The notes beneath the pieces were generated by a model. That model saw only the letters and a program-made list of their open reading frames with translations, was not told where the DNA came from and made no database searches. Of a DNA stretch of 64,000 bases, positions 39,940 through 53,278 are shown one piece after another; position 1 is the stretch's first letter, and every line of letters begins with the position of its first letter. The translations under genes were made by a program, and so were the position numbers. The stretch covers positions 72,728,001-72,792,000 of the forward strand of contig NC_045697.1 in NCBI RefSeq assembly GCF_009834535.1, written 5' to 3'. The stretch comes from Camelus ferus (Eukaryota).

Positions 39940-40916
39940 CAGTTGACCTTTGAGCAACATGGGTTTGAACTTAATGGGTCCATTTATACACATTTTTTTC
40001 CGATAAATATATTGGAGATTTGTGACAATTTGAAAAAGCTTGTAGTCAAATCATATAGCCTGGAAGTATTGAACAAATTGAGAAAATGTTAGGTATCATG
40101 AATGCATAAAATATAGGTAGGCATATGTAATCTCTCATTACATAGGCATAAGGTGAGTGATAGTTAATATAAAATTAATAATGCGTTAGTTTTCTTACTG
40201 TTTTATAACTTTGCTTTAAAATTACATTGCTGTATAGTATGCCTCGCTCATAATTGGGGAAACTCCATTATCAGCCTATTATCACATTTTAAAAAGTAAC
40301 AATATTTCCAATACTGTATTATGAATATGACTGTAATACTCTATGCCATAAAATTTGTAAAACGATTCATTTGTTAGCGTATTCGCTAGGCCACCCTGAG
40401 GCAATAGTATCAGTAGCCCTAGGCTACCATAAACAATCTGTATTGCTGCTTTTTCATTATCAATGCATGCATGATTCCTCATACCTGTAAATACATATAA
40501 ATTTCTCTTCATATTATCTTTTCATTTTTGAAGTTTAGTGTTAGTAATACATATAACATCTACAGTGCTTTGTATCATATGAGATAATATTGATGTTGGT
40601 ACTGACAGGAAGACTATTCATCTTGTAAACAGACTTTGTAAACTTATGGTATTGATAAATACAATACTGTAAATGTCTTTTCTCCTCCTTATGATTTTCT
40701 TAATAACATTTTCTTTTCTCTAGCTTACTTTATTGTAAGAATACAGTATATAATACATATAATATACAAAATATGTATTAACTGACTCTGTTATTGATAA
40801 GGCTTCTGTCAACAGGAGGCTATTAGTAAAGTTTACGGGGAGTCAAAAGTTACACATGGATTTTCGCTGCACAGGGGTTAGTGCTCCTGACCCCCGTGTT
40901 GTTCAAAGGTCAACTG
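39940..40916. mobile_element. Tigger2-type (Tigger2b-like) non-autonomous TcMar transposon
   Basis: 24-bp terminal inverted repeats matching 22/24 (cagttgacctttgagcaacatggg and cccgtgttgttcaaaggtcaactg), with TA target duplication on both sides. Confidence 0.93.
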
Positions 40917-42339
40917 TACATCTATTCCTGAGTCAGGACTGGCTGAGGAACAGGGTAGATATGATTCAGCATACAGACCATAGTGATGCTCCCTGGAGAG
41001 GCTGAAGAAGGCAGGAGTTTGTACCTTGCAGTATTCTTGCTACCATCCTGCAGACTCTTCCAGGGAGCCAAGGAAACACTTTTGTCCATTCTGTGACCTC
41101 AAATCACACATAATCTCATGCAGCCTTCTTTAGTTCTACTTTAAATTAATCTGCAGGATCAGTCAGCTCCTTTGAATTATTATAAGCCTAAATTTAAAAG
41201 AAGAGAAAACATTTTACTTAGATGGATTTGTAGTATTTTGTTTCTTGGGAGTATTTTTGGATTTTGCAACAAGTGAACATTATGTTCTACATAAAAGGGC
41301 AATGCTGAACAGTCTAAATTAGGTAATGCTAAGTAAACAGCTTTTGTACAGTCTCAATACAGATATAATATGTAAATTTCAGAAAATTTTTATTATTATG
41401 AATATAGTTGAGATTCTAGCGTTTATGAACCACCATTGATGATATCATTAAGGTACAGCATTACTTTCTCAGGTGGTTTGACTATAAAAAGTGTTTAAGT
41501 TACATTATAAGTTGGCAACTGTTGTCATACACATTGTTAAAAAAGTCTAATATTTTCAGATTTCACAGGAGAACTGGAACTGTAATATCAAGCATTCCAC
41601 ATTTTAGATTTAATTTGGTAGTTCTTTGTAACATTTGTTTTGCTAATCTTTGGTATTTATCTCCTTTTTTAAAAATTTTGCTTTGGGTAAAACTTAAAAA
41701 AAATCTTTTATTTTGTATAAAATCCATAGTTTGCCTTTGAGACACAGAATTTCTTCTTTGGCTTCTCTGTTCTATATGTGTATCAGATCACTGAGGTTTT
41801 CAAGCCTGAATTGTACATAGAATAAATTTATCTGAAATAAATTTATTGGATCAAGTCAGCTGATATGGTCCAATGGTGTGATTTACACTTTCACATATAC
41901 ATCACTGTATTTCTAATGATCCGAATGTCTAACACAGATACCTAATAGAGTATAAAGAAAATTTTAGATTCCTTGATCATTTAAGGCTTCTTTCCTTTCT
42001 TGCGCTAGTGTGCCCATACTCTAACACAAGTTATGTACTTTTTTTCAGAAAAATTTTAAGAAGAAACTTGAATATTTTGGGCTACAGATTTTAATTTCCT
42101 CAGGAAGTACTATCCTCACAGACACCTCAAATATTTTTGAGTTATGACTGTAATATTGATTTATAATATTTAAGCAATGATAAAATATTTTCAAATCTCT
42201 GTGATGGCATTTTGAAAATTATCCTGTTCTTTGGTACCTATACATAGATTTTTTGGGGGAGAATACTTTATTGAAAAATCTTTTCACTTTTAAAGTTCAA
42301 ATATTATTACATAATATTATATTTGCATAATACTATATT

Positions 42340-42570
42340 TGAAGCCACAACGCCTAGATTAGAATTTGAGCTCCACCACTGGTGTGATCCATCTTGGTAC
42401 TGTTACTTCATCTTTCTAAACTTCAGTTTTATATTGTAAAGTGAGTGTAATAATAGTACTTATTTCACAATATTGTTTTGATGATTATATGATTTAATAT
42501 ATGTAAGATAATTAGGATAGTGCTCAGAGCACATAAGGGCTACAGAATTTTTTTTTCATTATTATTATTT
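42340..42570 (+). mobile_element. MIR SINE
   Basis: agctccaccact...cttcagtttt...tgtaaagtg...taataatagtact. Confidence 0.75.
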
Positions 42571-43549
42571 GGGAAGGCTTAGGGGAAAAGGATATGAATT
42601 ATAAACCTGTGGAAGGAATTTCCTACAGAACAGTGTTACAATAATCTCCTCTAGGAAAAGGGTACTACGAGTCTCACTATGATTAGATTTAATATTGATG
42701 TACAGTGAATCAGAGAAGAATTTGCATTCATCAGTATGAGATGGTGAGAAGAATGTTTTAGTATCTAAATAATAACTGGTATATTAAATTCTGCTCCTTA
42801 ATAAGGCAAAATACTGGAGAAGTTATAATTCTGTGCTATTCTCATTAGTAGGTCTTAGGTAAAATAAGCCAATGAGAGCTAAGCTCCTAATTCTGCTGCA
42901 GCAGAGGGAAATGGATAGACTACTCAGGGAAGTGCCTACTCCTGATGAGCACCAATCAGGAACGTGGGGAGAAATGTAAGATACCGGGCCCTATCAGGAC
43001 TGGGACTCCTGCAGTACACAGCACCATTATGTGCTCTGAGATCTAGCTTGCCTTTGATCACTTCCTCCATAAGAAACAGATGTGAGTACAGGAGGAGTGA
43101 CACAGGGTCCAAAAGGGGGCATTTACATTATAAACATGTCTAGTTATTTCCATCCCAACGAAGAATGCACAAAAGTTGAAATCGTCTGTTATCTTGGAGT
43201 CAGAGATGGAAGAATAGAGGGATGATGTATCCCACTTTTCTTTTTTCTTTTAAAAAAAACACTGTACCCAATGTACTGCACTTCAAGGTTATTAACTGGG
43301 TTGCACCATGCTAGGGTGCTGGGGGAGTTAGACAGCCTAGTTCAGAAGTCATTTCTTCAGGTACGTTTTATTTTGTAAAGCATGTCAAAATGTGATACAC
43401 GTTTGTCTCGAACAGGTATCTCAAAACCTACTCATATGCCCTACCCACCAAAATATTTCCTTTGTTCTTGATTGATATTATCACTATCCATCCATCTGCT
43501 TTGAAGGCTGTAAATCTCTGAAATTCTATTCAAGTTCTTTCTGCTTCAT

Positions 43550-43740
43550 TCTCTGTATCAAATGCATAATTCAGTCTACTATGTGCCAGACACTATTCTG
43601 GGAAGTAGGGGATGCATCAGTGAAAAGAAGTCGACAGCAACAACAAAAACAGTATCTGTCCACATAGTGCTTATTTCAAGTGGGAGAAGACAGATAAATT
43701 TACAAATAAATACATACTTTAACATGGTGGAATATGATTA
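43550..43740 (-). mobile_element. L2 3' fragment
   Basis: ctactatgtgccagacactattctggga. Confidence 0.7.
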
Positions 43741-43964
43741 TGTATTGTTATGTTATACTATGTTATTATGATTTGTCTCAAATTTTATTGTCGTGAATAA
43801 CTCTTTAGAAGTAAAAGTAAAAAAAATCTGGAGTCGAAACTGAAAGAGTGTTGAAAATGAGTAGTATCAGCATAATACACTACAGTGGACTGAAAAGGGC
43901 CAGAAAAAAACAAAAACATGATTTTGTCATTTATAGAAAAAATCTTAAGCCTTGGGAAATTTAA

Positions 43965-44115
43965 TTACAAAAACATTTATCAGACGCTTACTAGTTATGT
44001 AGTCGTTTTTCCCAGATATTTCTTGAGAATATCCTGGACACTGGGACAAAATAGTAAACAAAATAATGTCCCTGCCCTTAATAGAGTTTTACATTCTGGT
44101 GGAGGAGACAGATAA
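43965..44115 (-). mobile_element. L2 3' fragment
   Basis: gtccctgcccttaatagagttttacattctggtggaggagacaga. Confidence 0.65.
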
Positions 44116-44119
44116 ATAG

Positions 44120-45200
44120 CCACCCCTCCTCGTTTCCAAACCATTCTGTTTCCTTGTTCAACCACAGATTATTGTGTTTTAACTGGTCTCAACTTTATCA
44201 TCACATTGCCACCAGTTATCTTTCTAAAATAATACTCCCAATGCTCGTAATGTAGTTAATAATTACATTCCTCTGCTTATAAGTATTTGGATACCCTATC
44301 ATCTGCCATATGATTTCATTCACATTCTGGCCCCTATTTATTTTTCAGCCTTATAACCTGTGTAACACCTCCTTCCAGCTGACACTCCAGCTTTCAGCTG
44401 AAGAATTGCTCATATTTCATTAGGAAAATGAGAACAACCACTCAGAAGTGCTTTCATCTTCTAAGCTCCATAGCTGTAACCCCATCTCTGTATAAGACCA
44501 TGTGTCATATTCTATATCTTCCTTTAAAGCCTATAAATGGCCAGTACTTCTGCTTGTGGTACAATCCCAGCTTCTCTCATTTTTTCAAGACCTTTTGAAA
44601 TAATTACATCATAATTTACTCCTTTTCTAGTGGATTATTTCCAACTGTATTTGATACGCTCTTATGACATTCACTTAAAAACTGTATTCATTGATTCCAC
44701 GTTCCCCTAAATATTTTATCCATTTTTCAATACATTGTTGTCTTAACTGGCTCTCTCCATTCTTCACCCACCATTTGCTTATCAACCCACTCCATTCTGG
44801 ATTCTATTTCTTCCACTTCATGGAAGCCTCCTCCTGTCCCTTCCTTCTCTTCCCCATCTCTTCTATTTATTTTGCCAAGAATGCCAAAAACAACCAAACT
44901 GCCAAATTCAGTGGACCTTATCTGTACTCATCTTGGTCAACTACTCTATAGCATTCAATATGATTCACCACTCATTAAAAACTTGACTCCTGAGGCTAGT
45001 TCTCTTTTTTGGTCTCCTTGTGCTGATGGCCATTCTCTTCTGTCTGAGATCACTGTTATTCACCCCTTTTAGCTGGGCGATTTCATTTAGTCGCGGTGAT
45101 TTTAATGCTAATAATTTTGAAAATAAATAAACATATATATATATTTGCCTGTCCACACTCTGAGTTCCAGGTTTATATATCCAACTGCTTATATATCCGG
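44120..45200 (+). mobile_element. L2 fragments
   Basis: tcaacccactccattctgg, tgccaaattcagtgga and tatatccaactgctta motifs. Confidence 0.65.
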
Positions 45201-45204
45201 CAGC

Positions 45205-45432
45205 TCACACTCTCTATTTGTCTATGAGCACACACTGAGGAGAGGTCATGTGAAGGCAGAGTGAGAAGGCAGCCATCTGCAAGCCAGGAGGAGAGTCCAG
45301 AAACTGAATCAGTCAGAACCTTGATGTTAGATTTCTACTTTCCAAAACTGTGAGAAAATAAATTTCTGTTGCTTAAATTCTAGTCTGTAGTCTAGTGGTA
45401 TTTTGTTATGGCAGTCTGAGCAGACTAATACA
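45205..45432 (+). mobile_element. MaLR LTR 3' half (MLT1A/B-like)
   Basis: gccatctgcaagccagg, aactgtgagaaaataaatttctgttg; ends gcagactaataca. Confidence 0.85.
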
Positions 45433-45866
45433 CCAATATATTGGTCTGTTACAATAATGAATATATAATATCAACAGTTTTTGTTATTGAATCTTAAAGT
45501 TTGCAAATTTGTCAATAGATTTATGAAAATTGACTTTCTTTGTATATTTCTACTTAATATACTGTGTTGCCAGATTTATCAGTTTGCTCATAATAACTGA
45601 AGAACACTTTTTGTTCATTTTAATTTAAAAGTTTTGTCACCAAAAGCAACAAATACAAAGCTAGAAAACTACCCTGTCCAAGATTTTCTTTCTGGTCTGG
45701 AGGACTTGGGGATGACTGTTCAATCCCTTTAAAAATATTAGCTCAACAAATTGAGTTGGGATTGTATGTGATTCAGGGGAAGAATGCATAGGGGTAAAGG
45801 GAAGTCTTCCTGGCTTATTTCTCTTTCTTTCTTTCTATTTTTAATTACTATGATTTATTTTCCCCC

Positions 45867-45920
45867 TTTTTTATTGAAGTATAGTTAGTTTACAATGTTG
45901 TATCAATTTCTGGTGTACAG
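45867..45920 (-). mobile_element. Very short L1 3' end (young type)
   Basis: ttttttattgaagtatagttagtttacaatgttgtatcaatttctggtgtacagc is the near reverse complement of the L1 tail at about 48400-48450. Confidence 0.85.
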
Positions 45921-47700
45921 CATCTATTTATTTAAATCATGAGATTGTGAAGCTCCATTTCACTCTCTTCATAATGAATTGCCTCTCCTGTATTCTATAA
46001 ATTATTAATATGGAAGCATACTTACAGTTTACTTTTTGTTTCTTTACATTTATCACTTTGGAGAATGTTTCTGCTGTGAATATAATAGTTAAATTTATTT
46101 TACTTCTTATATAAATACTATAGAGGGAAATTGTTTTCATTTTTTCCTTTCCAACCTTATTTTTATTATGAGGGAGAAGATATTTAAACTTTCCCCTTAT
46201 TTTCTGTTATTTTATTTGTTAAATATATAACCTTGGTAAACATTTGGTAATTCTGTTGCTCCCCATATCATATTACTCAAAGAAACCCTGCCTGTGAATA
46301 TGAAAGAACACCAGTATCAGCCCATATTTTTCTAGCTTAATAACTTGTCTGCTCTACTCAGCCTTCTCTATCCTACAGGGCCCCATCTGCAGTCTAACAA
46401 TATTGATGATCAAATCTACAAGGGGTGGTTTAAACTGCAAAGCGGAACCTGGAACTGAGCCAGAGAGTAGCCAATATGCTCTGAGACATCTCCACGACAT
46501 AGAAAAGAATGTTTTCCGAAGAACATTTCTATTACCTTGCTGAAAGATAGTCTAGAAGCTCCTGCTCTAAGTGGTTCTGGAGGGCCATAGTAATAAGTTA
46601 GATGATTGTAAACTTGCAATAAAAATGACCTAGTTTAGGCCCTCATAGTGACTGCATGTTAGATATCAGGAAAGTGGAATATTTCTTACACTCAAAAAAG
46701 GAGACCATTTGCTCTCTGTATAATTTGTTAACTTTTTCATCTGGAACTCCTTTCCCCCTTAATTTTTGCTGTTACCATATCACTGTGCATGGCAATATGA
46801 GTATTTGCATTGATATCTTATCAATATAGGATGGTACCAAACTTGAAATCATTGTTTTCAACATTTATGAATCGTGATCTGAGAAATAGTTCATTTTTTA
46901 GAAATTTCAGTTTCTTCTTTTGTAAAATCCTCCTTCTCAGGATTGTTGTGGAGATTAAACAAGACAGTGCATGTGAAAGTATCTGACACAAAGCATCAAA
47001 TAGTATGGAATTGGAAAGGCAATGTTAGGTTAGAAGAATTCCCTAAATTTGTAGAATATCTATATTCATAGTTGTCTGATGTATTATTCTTGAATTACTT
47101 GGCATTTAAAAATCAAAGGGTAATAGCTTACATCTTTGATAAAATAAGGAGTAGCATGTATATTTTAAACTTTAAAAGACAAATTTACCTAAATCAGTTA
47201 AAGCAAGATAATTAAATTTAAGGTGTTTCTTTAACATGGACAAAGTTATTTATTTAGTGTTAAATTTATTGAAGACATTTAGAGATAATTAATCTCAGTG
47301 ACAGTTTTTATTGCTAATGAATTATCTGTAAAATATAAGAGGAAAAGAGAGGCTTGATTTGATTATATAGAATAATTAAAAACAGAATATAATAGTAATA
47401 TTGGTGATTATAGTCTTAATTCTCCCCAAACAGCTGTCTCTTACCTGAAAGCATCTTTACTCTTGGTTTTATGTATTCTCTATTGTGATAGATTATTAAT
47501 TGTAGAAATAAAGTAGACATTGCTAACCCCCCTCCATTGAATCCATTAATATGATTCTCATAGTTTTGATTTAAAATATTTTTAAAATTATAATAGTTAC
47601 TGGTGTATGGTTATAAAATTCTTAGTAAAATTGTTTTAATTCAATGGGATTAAGAAATCCTTTTATCAGTTTTACATTGGGAATTAAGAAAAAAATTGCT

Positions 47701-48460
47701 GTGATAAATACTGGAGAGGATGTGGAGAAAAAGGAACCCTCCTACACTGCTGGTGGGAATGTAGTTTGGTGCAGGAATTAGGGAAAACAATATGGTGATT
47801 CCTTAAAAAACTAAAAATGGTTTTACCATATGACCCAGCAATCCCACTCCTGGACGTTAATTAACTTTAATTTAAAAAGATATGTGCACCCCAATGTTCA
47901 TAGCAGCACTGTTTACAATAGCCAAGACATGAAAATAACCTAAACATCCATTGACAAGTGACTGGACAAAGAAGTTGTGGTATATTCATACAATGGAGTA
48001 CTACTCAGCCATAAAAAATAATAAAATAATACCATTTGCAGCAACATGGATGGACCCGGAGATTGTCATTCTAAGTGAAGTAAACCTGAAAGAGAAAGAA
48101 AAATATCATATCACTTATATGTGGAATCTAAAAAAAAAGACACAAATGAACTTATTTATAAAACGAAACTCACAGGCATAGAAAACAAGCTTATGGTTAC
48201 GGGGGTTGGGGGAAGAGGGTGGGAAGGGATAAATTGGAAGTTTGAAATTTGCAGATACTAACTACTATATATAAAATAGAAAGCAACAAGTTTCTTCTGT
48301 ATAGAACAGGGAATTATATTCAATATCTTGTAGTAACCTATAATGAAAAAGAATATGAAAACAAATATATGTATGTATATGTATGACTGAAACATTGCAC
48401 TGTACACCAGAAATTGACACAACATTTAAACTGACTATACTTCAATAAAAAAATTAAAAA
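47701..48460 (+). mobile_element. 5'-truncated young L1 (camelid-like 3' UTR)
   Basis: ORF 47951..48181 (WTKKLWYIHTMEYYSAIK..PFAATWMD); aataaa and A tail; probable degenerate TSD aaaaaaattgct/aaaaattttgcc. Confidence 0.95.
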
Positions 48461-48499
48461 ATAAAAATTTTGCCAATATGCCCAAACCCCTATCATTTA

Positions 48500-48856
48500 A
48501 TCATGCAGTTTTGTTTACTGCACCTTTTAGACATCTCTCAACTCTGATTCCACTACCATCATTGTTTACTCTTCTCATTGATCCTTTACCTTAACTATAT
48601 AAATTGTAACTTTACTATTTTGTCTTCCTATAATCTTTTCTGCTCCAATCCCTGCTCCACAATGTAACCAGTCATTTAAGAAATGAGATCATATATATTC
48701 TTTCTTTAATACCAATTAATGGTTCCTAATATCTAGAAGAAAAAGCCTAAACTTCCTAGCACTGTGTAAAAAAAGCCTTTACACTGTCCCCAGCTTTCAT
48801 TATTGATGTGTCCCCAACACCCAGTACCTAGTGCATTTTCAATGACTGAATGAATG
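48500..48856 (+). mobile_element. L2 fragments
   Basis: tccactaccatc...aaacttcctagc...ccagtacctag...tgaatgaatg. Confidence 0.55.
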
Positions 48857-48909
48857 GACCTCCCATCTTAGGCTTCTTCTGCCTCCACACCCTCTGACCC
48901 ATTCCCACA

Positions 48910-49280
48910 CTTGATGGACATTTAGGTTGCTTCTGTGTCTTGGCTATTGTAAACAGTGCTGCTATGAACATTGGGGTACATATGTCTTTTCGAATTAGAG
49001 TTTTTGTCTTTTCCGAATATATGCCCAGGAGTTAGATTGCTGGATCATATGGTAACTACTTTTAATTTTTTAAGGAACTTCTATTCTGTTTTCCATAGTG
49101 GCTGCACAAATTTACATTCCCACCAATAATGTAGGTTTCTCTTTACTCCATACCCTTTCGAAACAGCATTTATTATTTGTACTTTTGTGTGATGGCCATT
49201 CTGACTGGTGTGAGGTGATACCTCACTGTAGTTTTGATTTGCATTTCTCTAATAATTAGCAATGTTGAACATATTTTTAC
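48910..49280 (-). mobile_element. L1 ORF2 internal fragment
   Basis: gatggacatttaggttgc...ggccattctgactggtgtgaggtgatacctc. Confidence 0.9.
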
Positions 49281-49569
49281 TTTTCTTTTTGTTCTTGTGG
49301 ATATAAAGGCTACATGTAGAACAGGTTTTAGAATTCACTTGAAAGTGAAAACTGAGGGAGCTTGATTTCTGATTAAATTTCAGGTAGTTAGCTTTGTGTG
49401 ATAAAAGGTTTAGAAACTGTCAGTTTTTTATCCATTTCTACCTTTTCTGATATATTTAGTGACTATAGAACAATTCAAGTAGATAGTGAAAATGTAGTGG
49501 TATTTTGATAAACACCTCACTAGCAAAACACTTAGGGAAGTAAAATAATTTAAGTTTCTTATATAACTT

Positions 49570-50089
49570 TGCAGTGGCAGGCAGAATGATGCCTACCCCC
49601 TAGTCCCGCAGTGTTCTCATCTTAATCTGTGGACTGTGAGTATGTTATGTTACACGGCAAAGGGGAATTGATGCTGCAGGTAAGAATTACACTTGGGTTG
49701 CTAATCAACTGACCTGAAAGAGGTTTTCCTGGATTTTATCTGGGTGAACCCAATTGTAATCACAAGGGTCCTTTAAATGTGGAGGAGGGAGACAGAAGAG
49801 TCAGTGTCAGAGTGATGTGATGTGAGAAATACTGAACTGGTCATTCCTGACTTTGAAGGAAGAGGGCCACAACCAAGAAATTCAGGCTGACCTCTATCAA
49901 CTGGAAAAGGCAAGGAAATGGATTCTTTTCCAGATGCTCTGGAAGCCACTCCAACATCTTAATTTTTAGCTGAGTCCTATTTTTGATATATAACTTCTAG
50001 AAATGTAAGATAATAAATCTGTGTTCTTTAAAGCTGCTAAGTTCTAAGTTTGTGGTTATTTCTTATTATAGCAATAGGAAGTCAATACA
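49570..50089 (+). mobile_element. MaLR solo LTR (MLT1D-like)
   Basis: ggcaggcagaat, gtaatcacaagggtcctt, ctggaaaaggcaaggaaatggattct; ends caataca. Confidence 0.9.
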
Positions 50090-50477
50090 CTTGGCTAAGA
50101 GACTTTGTTTAATTCTTGGCTAAACAACTTGAATTCTTTATACCTGAAATACTGATATAAATTCATATCTTCAGAGTCTGTACGGCTGGTCTTTTTGCTT
50201 TCTGCACTAATATAAAAACATTGCTTGTATTACAGGAAACCCTACCCTCTGCCCCATTAACTTTTTAATGAGAAGCATATTTTACTTTCTTCTCAATTTC
50301 TTTGAAATTTCGTAGCTAGTTCTCAGGAGTTCTTATATTTTTTCCCTTCAACTCAGAACAGAAAGTCTTGCATTGGGATTGTTCTTTGTTCCATCTCCCC
50401 TTCATACCTCCATTTCTACTTAGCAAAGCTTTTGCCATGTTAATGAAATTCAACTAAAATGTACTGCCTCCTGTAAG

Positions 50478-50700
50478 AATTTTTAAAATTGTGGTAAAAA
50501 TATGTAACATGAGATTTACCGTCTTACCCATTTTTAAGTGTTAAAACACTGTTCATAGTGTTAACTTCATCCACGTTGTTGTGCAACCTATCTCCAGAAC
50601 TCTTTTCATCCTGCAAAACTGAAACTGTATCCAGTAAACAGGTCCCCTCTCCTTCCCCCGGCCCTGACCACTGGCAGCCACCATTCTATTTTCTGACTCT
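50478..50700 (-). mobile_element. L1 3' end (L1MB-like)
   Basis: attgtggtaaaa...tctccagaactcttttcatc...aactgaaact...ccaccattcta. Confidence 0.85.
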
Positions 50701-50825
50701 GGAGTACTGCCTCGTTTTTGAAATATTCCCCAATTACTCCAATCAGAAGAGGTATCTTCCTCTCTGTGTAATTCTAGCAGTGGACTTCACTAGGTTCTCA
50801 TGTATTGCCACATTTTAATACACCT

Positions 50826-51268
50826 TGTGTTGTTTTCCTTCTGTTCTATGCACCAGATCCACTCTCCCTTCTTCAGCCTGTCTGCATCCTAGGCAACTGA
50901 CTTGTATGCACTGCCTCTATGGGCTCCTCTGTTTTCTGGCCTCCAATGGCGGCATGAGTAGGAGATTAGGAGAGGGGAAAGTGAGTGAAGTATTTGCTTC
51001 GGAGAACCCTTGCTCAGCCACAGTGGGCTGGCTGCCTCTCTCCACTCTTGGCTTGTGTCGTGTAGCCTACTACATAATCTCTCTCCTCTGCTTGCTTCCT
51101 TTGCCCCTTAGGACTGAGGTTGATGGTAATAGCCCTCTGCTATTACCATCACTAGAGGTACTATACCATCTCTTCTGATTTTCCTATACCCCGTACAAAC
51201 TTTTGTAAATAGTTCTTTGTTACCCGACTGTAGTGAGCTGTTGATTCTCTGCTGGGACCATGACTTTT
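50826..51268 (+). mobile_element. ERVL solo LTR (LTR41-like)
   Basis: tttgcccctt...ttttgtaaatagt...ctgctgggaccatgact 3' motifs. Confidence 0.6.
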
Positions 51269-52082
51269 AAAGCTTTCAAGTAATGTCCTTATCATACTTG
51301 TTTTGTTCTATCTCTGTTCCTGTCCTCAGTCTACTGTTCCTGTTTTGAATCAGGAAGACTTGCCAATAAAGAAAGGAAAGGGTATTGAAAAAGTCCCCAA
51401 AGTAGACTCTTTCCTTGGGTAAAATAACAAATTAAAAAGATGAAGGGCTCACAGTTGGGATTAAGCCATAGGTAATGGCATTATATTTTACCCCTCAAAG
51501 TCTTTAGAAGAATTTAGTAAATTCTGTCTATAAGAAAATATACAGCTCCTTACCATCCTCTTTTTAAAATGACTTGTCATATAGTCTCTCTATATTTTTT
51601 TTTGATAAAATTTATTTTCCATTTTCTAGCTATTTTCCTCAATAGAATTTTCACAGAAAATTCAAGTTTGCCTTTCAGGGAAGACATTACTACATAAGTT
51701 TTTCTTTTCTAGGAGATGTAGTTTTCAGGAAATGACATTCTTAAGAATCACATATTCATGTAATTTAATCATAAAATTTTATTTAGTTAAACATGACACA
51801 GAATCACTCTCTGACAACTTTTCTAAGAATTTTATGACTCTCATTTCAAATTTCTTTTTTCTGAAAGATATAAGCTTTCTCCAACAACGTGGTCTATCTT
51901 CCTAACAGTATTCCACTTCTGCTCTTGGACTTGCTGAAAAGGCACAAAAGACTTTCCATCAAGAACTGGTTCCTCTTTGGGCTTTGCCAATTGCAGGGCT
52001 GCCATCTCTGTTATCACCAAGAGGATCCTAAGACACTTGGGATAGAGGAAAGGTTTTCAGTTGGTTCAAAATCTTCCAGTTT

Positions 52083-52681
52083 CTAATTAGGATCTTCCTT
52101 GCCATTAATCCTCAACGCCTGGATGGAATCCCAGTTCCTCTTGTTCATAAACTCTTCAGATGTTCCTCTGATTTTACTCTTGGCAGTGAGGTCAATGAGC
52201 CTGCCTGCCTGCCTTCCCTCCTTCCTTCCCTCCTTTTGAGACTTTACATGTTCTGATTTTATTCTTGGCAGTGAAGCCAATGAGGCTCATCGGTTACCCA
52301 GGACTAATGAAGCCCGATAATGAAGAGGACTGGTTAGTCATATGAGTGGCTTGACTAGGGACTGGTCAAGCAGGGGATGTACAAAGAGCAAGAGAACAGC
52401 CATCATGAGTGGCCTGACCATACATTCCACCCCTCCGTACCTTGTACAACCCTTACAATCTTGGTCCACAGTTCTTCTGCAATATCCCTGGGGTCAGGTA
52501 TGTAGAGGTGCATTGCAATCAAGTACCACATATGCAATACAGACACTAGAAGCTAAAGAGTATCAAGAGTCCAAGAGGTGGGCAAACTTTTGTCACAAAA
52601 GGACTTCTTTTTATTGTACACATGGGGGCTGATAAGAGGATTGTAGGTTTACTTGTAAACTACCATGGTCAGCTTTTCACC
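52083..52681 (-). pseudogene. Pseudo-exon: PRY/SPRY (B30.2) remnant
   Basis: VYK*TYNPLISPHVY (PRY LD..TAHP.L.IS.D). AYVVLDCNAPLHT*PQGYCRRTVDQDCKG in one frame (Y.VLG...G.HYW...V). IIGLH* at 52307-52318 (IGV.L). FHP/ALRINGK at 52107-52128 (YPAF.V). Confidence 0.75.
52160..52284. repeat. About 40-bp direct duplication flanking a CCTG/CCTT microsatellite
   Basis: atgttcctctgattttactcttggcagtgaggtcaatgag versus atgttctgattttattcttggcagtgaagccaatgag. Confidence 0.85.
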
Positions 52682-53278
52682 CTAAATAGCCACTTAAACA
52701 TATAGCATCTCTAATAAAAAATTACACTTTTCAGTCACCCCCATTTTCAGACAGTATCTGGAATGACAAGATAAAAAATAACCCCAAAGAAAAGGTCTTC
52801 TAAGGTGATATTTAAAACATTTTCTTTATGATGATATTATGATTTATATACATTTAAAACATGATACTTAAAATATTTAAAACTTAGAGGAAAAAATTCA
52901 AGTTTCCCAAACTGTTTTTCAAGATAAGATAATGATTTCTTTAACAAAATATTTAACAAAACATTGTCTTTTTATCCTCATTACTCAGAAAGAAAACCAA
53001 AAAGCCTGAAGGCTTCTATTAGAAGAATATTAGGTTGGGAAAGATACTACATCTCCCTGAAAGATGCATCCAAATCCACAGCCTTATGAGCTAAGCATAA
53101 TTATTAGTTGTGAATGAAATCTGATCTTTAAACATGGGTAGTTTTTACTTCTCACCTGTCCTTGCATTATTTTCTAAATTTGTTTTATTTTATTTATTTT
53201 TTAATAGAAGGTTTGATCAGTGCACATTTGGCAATACTAAATGGGAGATTAGTAAGTTGGCCTATTAGAGGGTTTAAA

